NCBI GenBank assembly: GCA_022813865.1
Contig: JALDZX010000021.1
Location: forward strand, 1-64,000
DNA length: 64,000 bases
Reading direction: 5' to 3'
Source of the DNA: Xylographa opegraphella
Taxonomy: Eukaryota
Made by a program: the position numbers and the translations under genes. This document shows positions 36,885 to 49,939 of the stretch, in pieces; position 1 is the stretch's first letter, and each line of letters opens with the position of its first letter. The notes below the pieces were generated by a model. That model did no database searches and was not told the DNA's origin. It saw only the letters and a program-made list of their open reading frames with translations.

Positions 36885-37832
36885 GGCTGGAGGCTCGAGA
36901 TCGAGTGTGGCATCAAGCCTGGATGGAAAAGCTCCCGCTCAAGCGGCGCTGCGCCCTACATCTCCAAAGGACTAAAAGCGTAGCGTCGCTAGGGCTCAGC
37001 GCCTACTTCAAGAGAGAATGTGGAGGCTTCGGGAGCAAGATATCGCAGATCTATGAAGAAGCAGGATATGGTGGTGCAACGACGAAGCAGAAGATTCGAT
37101 TAAGAGTGGAATAGCTGTGGCATCCAGGGATATTATCGAAATATGTACAGACTTAGAGCGTTGCGAAGTGTTGTCATTGAAGTCATACATTATTTCTGGG
37201 CGTGGTAACTAACTCATGTGCTACTCAATGATCATGCTACTCCCATCGGCAATAACAAATCATGGAGAATAGCTTGTCTAGCGAGACGAGATACGAGATG
37301 TGGTGACTTTCGGTATTCATAATTGTATGCCACCGACATCTTCCATGATTGATCGAATAGAATTGCCAGATTCTGAACCAGAATTGCCCTCGACTACATC
37401 TGGAAAGCAGCGAGCGACAAAGATGCACAGACCGTTTGTCGATCGGGAATTCACGAGTGAGGACGAAATTTCGGATGTGTATTATCTCGACGTAAATTTG
37501 TGACGACAAGGTTACGTCCGTCTCCCAGAAATGTCCGCAAGTATTTTGCTAGAACGCTTTTGATTTGCAAGCAATCGCAATGGACGATGTTGCCGAGTCG
37601 ATGCTCTGCTTATACTATGGTTCATAAACCCTGAGCTATGACTGACAATTTCTAGAAGTCTCCCGTCTCAGTGCGGCGTTGAGAAGCGTGAAATTGTTCC
37701 AAGGATCCTGGCTTAGGTAGATCAAAACAATATTATCTCTTGTTCACATCTCCTTGGGCTTTGAAGCAAATTATGATATTACTTCGACAAGCTTCTTCGT
37801 CTTACAGCATCCGGGCGAATAGTAAACCTCGA

Positions 37833-38535
37833 TCAAGCCTTCTTTTTCAACTCACCCATCCAAACACGCATCATCTTCGAGCTATCGTGAGCTGCACGGA
37901 ATACTGTCCAGCACATCAGCACAGCAAGTCTTTCATTATAAGATATTCAGTAGAACTACATTGTCGTTCCATCTCATCTAGCCCTCTTAGGAAATCTGCG
38001 CCTTCTCCAAGAGCTCCTTGAGGATTGTGAGCATGATCAGCGATCTCAACAGCGCGCTTCTTGAACGTCTGTGGATTTTTAGTAAACCTTGATCATTCTA
38101 AGAGGACGGTGCACCGTACTTCGCTCAGGACGTCGACGATTTCATCCTCTTCGAAGAGCTCCAATGTCCGCACGGCCAAATCATAAAAGTACGTAGCTTG
38201 GGCTCTCAAGTCTACGGTCTTTGGATCGGCCTTGAGAGCATTGAGCACACGCGGATCGAGGCATGCGGGCAGGTCGAGATTGACATTGGGTGATGGGCCA
38301 ATTGGCTGCAGGGCAAGGTAGCCACCAAGCCACAGAGGCAATGAGACCTGACTACCTTTCTTCATCTGTACAAGATGTTCAGCATACTGCGGGGTGAGCT
38401 CTGTTTCTGAAGTAGACGAACGTCAGCACCGGCATTGCCATCGATGAAGCCTAAGCCAGGTACATCAAGTTCGAAAGTGCAAGGCAGCTTCTGCGCGTCG
38501 GTCAGGATCGCGTCAATGTTATAGTACGAGCCCAT
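37833..38535 (-). CDS. PSF3: GINS complex subunit Psf3
   Basis: MGSYYNIDAILTDAQKLPCTF, LPLWL, VLNALKADPKTVDLR, TFKKRA.EIADHAHN, FLRGLDEMERQLF. Introns 38421-38366, 38119-38069 and 37959-37904. Confidence 0.92.
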
Positions 38536-38709
38536 CGTGAATAACAATCATTATCATCTCTCGGAAAGGTTGTCTACTTCCTACACGTCGTTTGACGAGG
38601 TTCCTGATCCTTGCGTCAGCTTATTAACCGCAGCGCCTAACAAGCACGTCGCGACTTCGGTTCGGTTCGATAAGGTACGTGACGCAACTCGGTTAGCCCT
38701 AGCTGATCT

Positions 38710-38790
38710 ACGCGTTTAAGTTCATATAAGGACCTGATTTCAATCCCGTTGAAACGTTTTCTGACATTAGATGCGAGGGTATAAACGCGT
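38710..38790. promoter_or_regulatory. Two ACGCGT (MCB-like) elements in the 270-bp PSF3/GPI18 divergent promoter
   Basis: ACGCGT at 38710-38715 and 38785-38790; fits MBF G1/S control of a replication gene, but the motif is short. Confidence 0.4.
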
Positions 38791-38805
38791 CCTCGGCACC
38801 GTGTT

Positions 38806-40280
38806 ATGGTTTCCAGCTTTACTAAGACGTGGACGCACCCATTGGAACAGCCCAGGGTCACTTTGGTGACCACGCTAGTAACGTGGAAGCTGCTGTTACT
38901 TCTGGTGGCCTTCTCCAGTCCTGGTCCGGGATATGATACCTCTACCTTCTTGATAAAACCTCCCATCCATATCTCGGTTGGCAAGTTGGTGAGATGGGAT
39001 GCAATCTATTTCACCCAGGCTGCTCAGAGGAATTATCTGTTTGAGCAGGAGTGGGCATTCAGCTTGGCTTTCTCGCGGTTGCTTAGATATCTGGCTAGAG
39101 GTAGACTTTTGGTCCTTAGACCGGTACCTATTCAATTGACGATCGTAGGTATAGCGATCTCTAAACTCGTGGCTCCCGGCGACTTCGAGGCGTTGGCTGG
39201 TATAGCTGTCGCTCATGTGGCACATCTTGGTTCTGTACTTGCCCTATACAGTCTAACAAGATTTGTATTCAAGTCCGATCCGAAAGCACCACAAATTGCG
39301 ATCGCTTCTGCATTATTGCATATCTTCTCACCAGCAGGCGTATTCTTGTCTGCGCCATATGCCGAAAGTCTGTTCTCTTTACTACAATTTTGCGGCTATT
39401 ATTATTTCATCCGGGGTCATGGTGATGGCATCAACCATCAATATTTGAATTCCGGAGTCAATACTCTGGCTTCAGGGTTTCTACTAGGATTAGCAACTGC
39501 GATTCGCTCTAATGGTATACTCAGCGGAGCTCTGTTTGCATACAGTGCAGTGGTAAGCGGAACAACGCTGATAACAAATTGGAGGAGTCGAATAGCATTA
39601 CAGACGCTTGGGTTTTCTGTTCTTGGAGGAATTCAGGTCGCACTTGGAGCTATATTGCCACAGTACATAGCATACAAAGAATACTGCACGGGACAGCTCG
39701 GAGTTGGCTCGAGGCCGTGGTGTCAGCGATTGGTACCTAGTATATATGCTTGGGTTCAGAGTCACTACTGGTAGGTGTTCCGTTCACCGTAGTGATATAT
39801 CTAAAGCAAAATAGGAATGTGGGGTTGCTTCGCTATTGGACTCTATCCAATGTCCCGCTGTTTCTTTTAGCAGCACCCATGCTTTTCTGCCTCTTGCGAT
39901 CTTCTTTGTGGGCATGGACTGAAATCTCAGTATTTCGGGACCATAGTGACAAAGCCTCTCACAGCAAATTGTCATCACCTAAACCGGAGCTGGGTGTCAC
40001 TAAATCAAAGCGATCGCATCGACGGTTGATGCGACTCATCTCGGTGCCTCAGCTTGCTCTAGCAGTCCTTGCATTGACAAGTTATCATGTTCAGGTCATC
40101 ACGAGGCTCTCTTCGGGTTATCCTCTGTGGTATTGGTGGTTGGCGAGCGCAATAGTCGCCGAGAAACATGGCAGATTACCGCGCGCTTCGTATCTGAAGC
40201 CTTCCATTATTCTAAGATGGATGGTGACATATGCCGTGATACAAGGTGGGCTCTTCGCAAGTTTTCTTCCCCCCGCATGA
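38806..40280 (+). CDS. GPI18: GPI mannosyltransferase 2 (PIG-V)
   Basis: SPGPGYDTST, LVRWDAIYF, YLFEQEWAF, SPAGVFLSAPYAESLF, RSNGIL, PSIYAWVQSHYW|NVGLLRYWT, HVQVITRLSSGYP, GGLFASFLPPA*. Introns 39101-39148 (in frame, probable) and 39771-39814. Confidence 0.93.
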
Positions 40281-40999
40281 GGTTCAACCTGGGCTGTCAA
40301 GGAAATATGTGAGCGAAGCTTTTAGAGTCTATGTAAAGTGAAACTGTTAAATGCTGAGGACACTACTCGATTGTCTAATTCCGTTCTGTTAATTTGGTTA
40401 CGTGCAGGGTTTGTCTTTGACAGTGCTTGCAAGCTTCATACGTAGGATATACTGTGTAGACTATTCTAAACAGAAACACATGTATCGTGATTCTGCTCCT
40501 ATTGGTGTATTGCACTAGAATAGTAAGGCAGCCATCATCGACGACATCGGTTTTCGATTGCTAATTAGGCTGTGGCGTACGGCGTGGCGATTCGCCTCGG
40601 GTGTACGAGTACTGTTGGTGCCTGCCCGAGTAATGGGAACATTAAAGCGCCGAATATCGATGGAATGACCATTCTTACGCCTAGAGACACGTAAACTGTT
40701 GATAGACTATCATTCGGACCGCCAACATAATTTCCATCAACTTATTGCCTGCATTGAATTGGCAAGGCTTCATTGAAAACTCGAAGCTGATGCTACAATC
40801 CTCAACTGGGCGACTGCGCTTACCTTTGGCTGTTACTATTATTCCCTCGGGCAACCCTATAATTTCACATAGGCAAAGCGGGCGGAGATAAGCTCCTAGA
40901 TAGCTTTGCAGTTATTTCCTGCTTTGTTCGCATTCCAAAACACTTCGCCGAGCACTTTATGACCCAGATAGCAGAGCTACTTTTAGCAACTACCACATC

Positions 41000-43900
41000 A
41001 TGGACAATACACGAGACAAGCTCACAGAGCTACTCTCATCGTTAGATACCACTCGCGGCAACGACATATCCAGAGCTACTTCGCCAGGAGGAGGACCTCA
41101 AGAGTCAGACACAACAGATGAACGAGGTAGAAAGCTGTCGCGCAGCCGTCCTCGAACATATCCCTACTTCCGATACCTACCATATAAGGTGGAAGATGAA
41201 GCGGAACGACAGAGAAGTCTCGATGAGATTGTGAAGTATCTATACATTGCTGTGGAAGCTGGTGACTTTGCACCAGGGGCTCAACATTGGACAAGGGAGC
41301 TGAGGGCTTGGCTGGGTTTGAAGTTCGATCCCACGAAGCAGCAAAGAATAAAGCTTGTACGGTTATACTATGAGCTAGCTTTGGCTCCAGGTATAGATGT
41401 TACAACTGCTGAGCGATTCGCGAGCATGTTCATGCTGCTGACAAAGTAAGTATCTCAATGATAGCTATGTTATGGTAAGCTGATCACATCCCAGACGCAA
41501 ACACTATCTCCGACCCGTGAAAGACATAACTCTTGACTGGAAACCTCTATGGCGCGAGCTTAAAATATTCGTTCTTCCTTCCGAATCAGGGCTGATACAA
41601 GCTACGAACGTGAAGAGGAATTACCGAACTTTGACAAAATTGTGCGCTTTTGCTCAACTCTACTTCGACCCCAAAGAGATTCCGTTAATGCTAGAGGAGT
41701 TCCTCCCATATTTCAATACCTCATTTGTGGAAGGCGCATTTGTTGTCTCTGGTCTCTTCAACCTTCTACTACCTACTTCACCCCCTCCTGTAGGCGAAGA
41801 ATCACTTTTGCCACAACATTATCTGCCCACCCTCTTTCATCTTTGGTCTTTAGTCAATCGTTCGAAAGTCTTTGACACAACTTTCCTTGACCTATTTTCC
41901 AGGCTTGCTCGCGATTCATTGCCGGCTGCACATGTTTCATGCTCGGAGTATGGCATTTTTACACGAGATCAGTCTGCTCTCATATTTACAGCCATCTTGC
42001 GGCTGCTTGAAATACCTGTGGGCCAAGCAACATCACCATACAGCGCGACTGTCGATATTTGCGCAGGTCTAGGCGTGATGCTCGAACGTGACCCTAAGAA
42101 ACACCCAATTGGACATCAGATTGCTCGATGGATTGTTATGTCACTTACCCCCGCGTGTTTAGATAAGCCTGACTCAATCTTGAGCAACCTGGAGGGATTG
42201 ATTCAGGCTGTTGAGACATTCTTCCATCCTTCAAATTCAGGAGCTTGGACAAAAACACTGTCTCAACTGGTATACTATCTCGCAGACTTCTTTGTCATGA
42301 GGTGGAATCGTGAGAAGAGTGGCGAGATGGAAGTTCCTGAAGATCGTCGACTGAATGACGCTTTGAAACGTCGTTTCGTTCTCTGTCTTCGAGACGTCAT
42401 CTTTATGGGTATCTATTCCAAGAGCGGCACAGCGATGAACTTTTCCTTATCCACGCTACAGAGCCTCGCGTATCTTGAGCCAGATCTTATTTTACCTGGG
42501 GCCCTGCAAAGAATCTACCCTTCAATGCAAGGACTTGTCGAAGTTCATCGAACAACCTCATCTCTGCGTTCTCTTCAGATTCTGTCTCAGGTCATGGTTC
42601 GCACTAAAGGCTTCCGCTGCCATGTCACGAGCTTGCTTGGGCTTTCGCTTCCAGGTATAGATGCTAATGATTTGGATAAGACAATGTACACACTGTCATA
42701 TATGCAATCGGTTTGCTATAGCATACCTTTCCATGATTTGACAAAGGGAAAGGAGAATATCAGTGGTAGTATGCTTGCTGCTGAGTGGGTCACTTCAGAA
42801 GTTGGACGGATGGAACAGGAGGGTGCCAATGTAGAGCTCGACTACATTAACGGCCTAACTGATGAAGACGAAGAGCTGATTTTACGGTCTTCAACAGCTA
42901 GCTTTGCAGAGTTCTTGAGCTCGTTCCTGGGTAGAGTTTTCACTTTGCTGGAGAATTTGCCTGATGCATCCCGGGTACGCTCAGGCTCACCGGAAGAGAA
43001 TGTTGTAAACACATTACCGGCAACCTTCACACCATTACTCGCTTCTCTATCGCCTGAGTTATATGACTTTGCTCTCAACAAGATTGCGGACTTTGTGGGA
43101 AATCATGTAATACACCAAGCGCGTGATGCTATGGCATTTATCTGTAACTCACTTTGCAAAATATGTCCCGAAAAGGCGTTGAAGAGATTGATACCTATGC
43201 TTATTGCAACTATCCGAACCGAGATCGATGAGAACGGTGCAGCCTCAACGCGAAACACAGGAACCGACGTACTGCCCAGAGATCGGGGACTGGTTTGGAA
43301 CGTCAGTATGTTAAGTATGTGTGTCGTGCACGTGGGCGACGCGGTTCTCGCCCATAAACAGGAACTCTTTGATATTGCCGTTTACATGCAGCAGAAGTGC
43401 AAGGGTATACCAACCGTACACATATCAAACTATATCCATCATCTGCTTCTCAACCTCACAGGCACATATATCATCGATTTCTCGTTGTATGAAGCAGACG
43501 TTCTGGCTCGAGGTCTTGGTCCAGAAGACTGGGGGAGTATCTCGAATCCTGATGAACTGAACATCAATTGGCATGTTCCACAACCCGCGGAGATTGAATT
43601 TGCAGTGGAGATTTTTCGCTCGCAAGGAAAGGCAGCAATGTCATCGCTCGTTTCGCTGATAAATGAAACATCTCCTATCAAAAGGGATGGATCTCACAAG
43701 GCCTGGTCTGATGAGTTGTCAAGGAACCTTGTCTTGATTCGACTCTTACTTGCAGGAGTGGCAGTTTTGTTCGACTTGGAAACAGTCACTAAACACATCC
43801 ACAGCGTTTCTAGTGCGTCAAACGGAGATGTAGAAATGGTACTGGTAAACGGACATTCCAAAGACGATGTTGCGAGAACTGAGGAAGAAACCCTTGAAGA

Positions 43901-46900
43901 TGCACTAACATCAAACGAGGAGGATCAAACACGACCAACTTTCCACTACCCTGACGGTTACACCCTCGACAAAGGAAGTTCGCTTTACACCGAGGTGCAT
44001 GCTCTGAGGGAGGAAATCGGGAGCTTATTGCATGAAGTTCATCAATTTCTCGTCGAGAAACAGCAAGACGATGTTGCTTGCTTCAATCCTCTCTACACTG
44101 CATATAAGTCCTGGTTCATCGACGTTGGAATTGAAAAATCTGCGCATGTTCTCGATCGTGTTACCAGGCTCTTCACAGCAGACATTCATCCGTATAAGAT
44201 AAGCGGCCTAAGGAAGGAGTATCCAAGGTCACTACTTTTGCGGAGAGCCAATGTCTATCATCTACAGCGCCTTCGTTTTAACGCTTGCCCTAGACCTAGT
44301 TCGGATATGGACAAAATGCTATTGAAAGACTTGGCCCACTCGAGTGTCTCCTCATATGCCGAAGTCCGGCGGAATGCTCAAAGTGCCATTGAGTCCGCGT
44401 CGAAAGTCATCATTGGTGCTCGACCATTACTAATTCCTCCACTTCTACAAGCATTTGAGGACGGACTACGAGACAACGACTTCGCTCGAATCAAGGGCGC
44501 CATGTACACGCTTTTGTTTGGTAGTTTAGCTAAGACCATCGGCCGCGACTGGCGTTTTGCACCATCTGTGATCAGATGCTACCTCACAGCATGTACTGTT
44601 GATAAGCCCTCTATACAGAAACTCTGCTCTGGTGCAACATTCCAGATCATGGAGTTTGGTCGATCGTCCGAAAGATTGGTAATTCTGGATCGTGGTATTG
44701 TTCATGCCCTGAAATCTGAAGGCGAAAACGTGGACTCGTACATTGAAAAGAAAAGGGGCCAAGTCAAGAAGAAACGTGCTGCAGGGGAGCTGAAAAAAGC
44801 AGGACTTGCCGACGAATTGGTCAACATAGCTCGGACTTCGCACTGGAAAAAGGCCAGTCGGACAGCTGCAATCGTTGTGACGCTTGGCTTTCGATTCGAC
44901 ACCCTTGTTTCTAACAACATGATTGATCTTCTTACCAACGGATCGATTGATTCGCATCCCGGACTTAGGGCAATGTATTCAGGCGCTCTTGTTGCGTTGT
45001 TCTCTCTCCTTGAGACTCGAGCGGTGTGCCAGCATAATTACGAAAACTATCTTCTGGACAAGCAGCTTATCCTAGATAAGATTGAGGTAGCCACGAGGCG
45101 GGATGATCCGAACTGGACAGCTCAACACCTTGCAAGCTTTGCAAAAGCGGATACCGCATACTATATCGATCACGAGTATCCTGGTTGGTTGGTTTGGGGA
45201 AAGACTATGCCTGGTTACAAGTCGGACTCAAGAGCCGAGCAGGAATATGACGGAGAGGAGAAGAGAGTGATGAAAAATATCGGTGACGCTTTGGATCGAA
45301 AATGGTTTACCACTTTCTTTGATTACCTAAAGCAAGAGCCGCGCGATCCTGCAGCAGATCGATTCCGTGTATCAAACTCAATGATGCTTGGGTACGCGTT
45401 TGATTTGATGCATGAAGGCCATACTGCAGCAACGCTCAAGGAGATCCAAGAGGAGATAGCTACGACTTTCGGAGACGGTACCGACAAGCACCAACATCGA
45501 GCTACAGCCGAAATACTGGGAGGATTGCTCGGTTCGGTCCATAATAAGAGAATCGAAATTCGTACCATTATTTGGGACTACTCTATGTCCATAATACTCA
45601 AGGTCTTTAGCGACGGACTGACACCTGAAAACTCTGGCTATTGGACCACGTTTCTTCGTCTTCTACTACAAGGCAAAGACCCGCGTCGCTCTTGGCCATT
45701 GGTAGAATGGCTGGCAGACTTCAAATTGGACATGTCGTCTAATGCCGCCTTCAAGGAGAGTTCTAAAATTATGCTGTTACAGCAATGCATCGCTGATGCT
45801 GGATGGCACTTCCAGCTCGAGAAGCCAATTCTTGTAGATTTCTTGCAGCACCTAGATCATCCCTACAAAGGTGTCCGCGAGGCCATGGGACATACATTGG
45901 CTGCGATTTACCGGACCAGGTATCACGAATCCTACAAAGATGTCGAGACACTAGTTGTAAGCCAAAAGGCTGCATCCTCGATAGGTACAGCACCGTACAA
46001 ACCATCCGAAGAATTCTCCGACACAATTAACGAGATCTTTGAGCAGCTTGAGAAATGGAGGCATGAACGTACACCTGGACAACAGACCCCATCATCGTAC
46101 ACCTCTGGTAGTAAAACAATCCTCCTTTGGCTTGACTCCATGCTGTCATCTTATGAGTGCACTCAACTACTCAAGTTCTTCCCTGACGTGTTCATGGAGC
46201 AGCTTCTACATATGATGGACATTAAGGAGGACCAGGAACTGCAAGGTCTGGCATATCACGTATTTAGACATATTCCCAATATACCTCATCGCATGGGTGA
46301 GGATGCCGAACTTAATGCTTCTCTTATTAGAATTGGGACGACCTCTTCGTTATGGCACCAGCGTCTTCGCGTGCTTATCAACATGCAAGTTATCTACTTC
46401 CGGCGCCTTTTCCTCATCTCCAGCGATCAGCAGCAGAAGCTCTTTGATTGCGTGGCCGGTATGCTCAACGACAATCAACTCGAAGTTCGCATCGGCGCTA
46501 TGACAACTTTGTCTGGCATGATCCGTTGTTCGCGTGTGGCTTTACGTGATAGTGTCGTCAAGGATTTGAGTAAAAAGTTCACAAACATGCTTCTGAAGAA
46601 CCCGCTTCCCAAAAAGCCACGCAATAATCTTTCCGCAGCGAGTACCGGAACAAGTACACCAACACCAGAGCACACTAAGCTTGTCCTCACTCGGCATTCC
46701 GCTGTGCTCGGATTAGGCGCACTGGTGCAAGCCTTCCCGTATACGAGTCCGCCGCCGGCCTGGATCCCAGGCGTGCTGACGACTTTGGCAAACAAAGCAA
46801 ACTCGGATCCAGGTATGGTAGGCAAGAGCGTCAAGAGCATACTTGCCGACTTTAAGAAGACGAGGCAGGATACTTGGCATATGGATCTCAAGGTTCGTTA

Positions 46901-47013
46901 CGTAATCTCCCAATTTTGTTGCAATAGGTCGCTAACGAGAGCATCTTCAGGCATTCTCACCGGAGCAAGTCGAAGACCTCGAAGGCGTGTTGGTAAAGAG
47001 CTACTTTGCATAG
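41000..47013 (+). CDS. BLM10: Proteasome activator Blm10/PA200
   Basis: Large HEAT-like protein; ETFFHPSNSGAW, PGIDANDLDKT, HSAVLGLGALVQAFPY, FKKTRQDTW; spliced C-terminus ..LEGVLVKSYFA* (HbYX-like tail). Introns 41446-41494 and 46893-46950. Confidence 0.95.
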
Positions 47014-47728
47014 GGCGGGGTCCAGGCGTATTCAGCATAGCGGGCCGGTCGATCATGGGAGTCGGCTGCATTACTATTGTTCTGGTTGGACAGGGTACCT
47101 TTACAGCGTGGGTAGCGAGCATTATGCGTGAGCATTATTGTATACGGCGGGACATGAGCTTGTTATGGGAGGACTTGATATGTAACTCCCGCCTCGTGCG
47201 GCGAGCTTTTAGAAAGGTTCCTCCTTTTCGGGGGCAGTTTTCTGTCATGGGTTTCGTTGAAGTCGTGTCTGATGGACTTGAGACTCTGCCTATTTGAAGG
47301 GGTCTTGCGGGACTTTTGATGCATGCATGCACAGTATCTCCATGATGTCGCGTGTGCCACTCCTTTCCTTAGCATAGATAGATTACTACAGCCTTTGAAT
47401 TACCCCAGGGTGTCTTTGCCCTCGACTGAACCTTTGGACCCAGGATGCCTTCCGATAAGGTGGTTTTTCGCCACATGAGGATTTTCGATGCCCCAGTACA
47501 ATACAATGGCAGAGCAATATACATGGAACATGGCCTATAAGCGATGGGTTTTCCCATGGGGTGGTGATGGGCTTTTGTAGGATGTCTTGGTGGATCGGGC
47601 AAACGTGTTAACTCACGGAATATATTTTCAGTGGTTAGTACGAGTGAAAGCTCCTACAAGACTCTATATATTAGTATGACCACCTCTTATACAATTGCGC
47701 GCGACAGCCTGCTCGAACCACCTCCTCC

Positions 47729-49100
47729 TCAGCCCAGTCTTTCCTCCCACTCCTCCCGCAGCGCCTCCATCTCCCTCCACGCCTCCCTTCCCAGCTCCTC
47801 AAACGCCTCTCGATCATCCACCGTCAGATCCTTGGCGCCCCTTCTCCTTCCTCTATTGCCAAACTCGGCCCCCTGGCCCACGTTCCCGCCATAACCCCAG
47901 CCATCCACCTCCGTCCGCCTGACCCTCTCGCTTCCGCTCGCGTCTGACGCGGAGCCCCACTTTCCCAGCCCGCCTTGCTCTTCCAGGCTGTCCAGCGTCT
48001 CCTGCGCCGCGAGTGCCAGCCACACGGGCGCACATGCCCCTTTCCGCGTTGAGATGGTGTGCCACGGCGAGCCGAGCCAGCGCGCGACGTAGAATGTCAA
48101 GATCTTCATCCAACTCAGTAGGAAGATGAGAGGGAAGATGTCCGTGGCGCAGACGCCCGGGTGGCAGACGTAGAAACGGGGGCGCGGAGCTAGCGGGCCG
48201 GAGCTTCCTGGTGGGGTGAAGAATTGATCGGTGTAGGGTTTCGAGGTGGGGAGAGCGGCGGTCAGCGCGAGGATGTCGGTGAGGCGCTTGGAGGAGTGGT
48301 AGGCTTGCGTGATGGTGAGGCCTTGCAGGTCGGTGAGCGAGAAGGCGTAGGCCGGGGTATCGAGGCTGGAGACGCAGATTATGCGGGCTGGGGGGTGTGA
48401 GGCATGGGCGAGAACGGGCGTCAGCGCGTGGGCGAGGAGGTAGTGCCCGAAGATGTTGGCGCAGAAGATCTCGCCAAGTGGCGGCTCCGGGGCTGGTGGG
48501 CTGGTGGAGGATGATATCGACAGATTTGAGCTCTCGTTGGCTCCCTTTCCAGGAGAGGTTGATAGTTGAGGCTTGGTAAGTAGACCAAGACTTCCATGGG
48601 CAAAGTACGGAAAGGTCACTGAGTAAATTGGATCGACTATAGCTGCCCAAAAAGCCTGGGGCCAGTTTATTGTTATAGGACCGGCGATACCAGCATTACA
48701 TATTATGATATCGATCCTGGGGACGGAGGAGAGAAGCTCCTGGGCGGCTGCTCGCACGGACCGGAGGGAGGTGAGGTCGAGCTGCACTGCATGGAAGGAG
48801 ATTCGGGAGCCAGAAGCGGTTCTGGTGTGAGGATTACTGTTGACATGTTGCTGGAGACGGGCAATGGTATCTTGGCTCTTGGTCGCAGAGCGCGTTGAGA
48901 TAATAAGCTTCAAGGACTGTGAGGCTGGTCTGGAGGTAACGAATTCGTCGGCTAGTCGGCAGCACGTAGCAAAGCCCAATCCGCTACCGTAGTAAGGTGG
49001 TCAGCATCAGCCATCGTACAGAATTCGGTGTGTAGACTTGCGTATTAGCCCCCGTGATCAAGACGTATATGCAGTCAGACGGTTCTCTGGCTTGTTGCAT
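47729..49100 (-). CDS. ERG27: 3-keto-steroid reductase (ergosterol biosynthesis, SDR)
   Basis: YVLITGAN|TGLGF across a GC-AG intron 49041-48984; ICNAGI, EPPLGEIFCANIFGHY, AYHSSKRLTD (YxxSK), CHPGVCAT, FYVARWLGSPWH, KWGSA. Confidence 0.92.
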
Positions 49101-49939
49101 TGTCAACCCGATTATATCTTGAGAGTTCCGTCAAAAGGATGCACCTACTGGATCCAGACTACTCGCGCTAATTTAAAGAATCAATGTTATTCTTGTCAAT
49201 GCTATGCAATTTGCTTGATTATCTACTGATTGACTAAGGTAAGAATATACTTGCTACACGAAGGCATTGAGAGCTTTTGATGAAATAATGCGTAATGGTT
49301 GTTGCGACGGATTATTTGATGGTCACGTTCACATTCTCCAAGTATACGGGCAATAATGAAGGTCAACTCCATGGAGGTGGTGGTCTCCTTCTACCACTGA
49401 CTGGATCTGGATTTACAATAACGTGCTCTTCAAGAGCATTGAGAACATAACTCGAGCGTCGGTGGCTCTTGGTCTTGGCCAATGTCCGACATATCTTATA
49501 TTTGGTCTTAAAGCGATACGAAGATTTAGCACTGCTGTTTGAGTGACTCCTGTCCTTCGATGAAGGCAATCCACCATCAAACCTGGTTGACGGGAAATGA
49601 TGAACCCTGCGAGCAAAGTTGTTGACATTCCTCTCCCACATTCCGCCTGTTGTTAATATGGGTACATTTGTTTGCCTGTTGCCACGTGCTATTCTGAATC
49701 CGGCTTCTTCTTTGTTTCTACCACATTGGCCTTGTCCAATGTTTTCTGTCGCTGCTGTACATCGACGAATGCAGTAGCTTCATCTTTCCACACGATTGAT
49801 CTTTTGGAAGTCCCGCTGAAATGTATACTTTTTGTTTTAACCCAGTATATCCATATATTTCCATCTAGCAGTACGTTGAAGCGTGTGGTTGATTTTCGTC
49901 AGAGCTGGTGCCTGCTCCAGAAGTTGGAGCAAATACAAA

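Noticed and set aside
40571..40592. GTGGCG repeats upstream of BLM10 as an Rpn4/PACE site
   Set aside because: Do not match the full GGTGGCRA core.
47853..48650. 265-aa alternative-frame ORF in ERG27 (similarly 58461-59276, 58775-59296 and 63015-63716)
   Set aside because: Stop-poor frames produced by the local GC richness and C/G skew; P/R/H low-complexity products.
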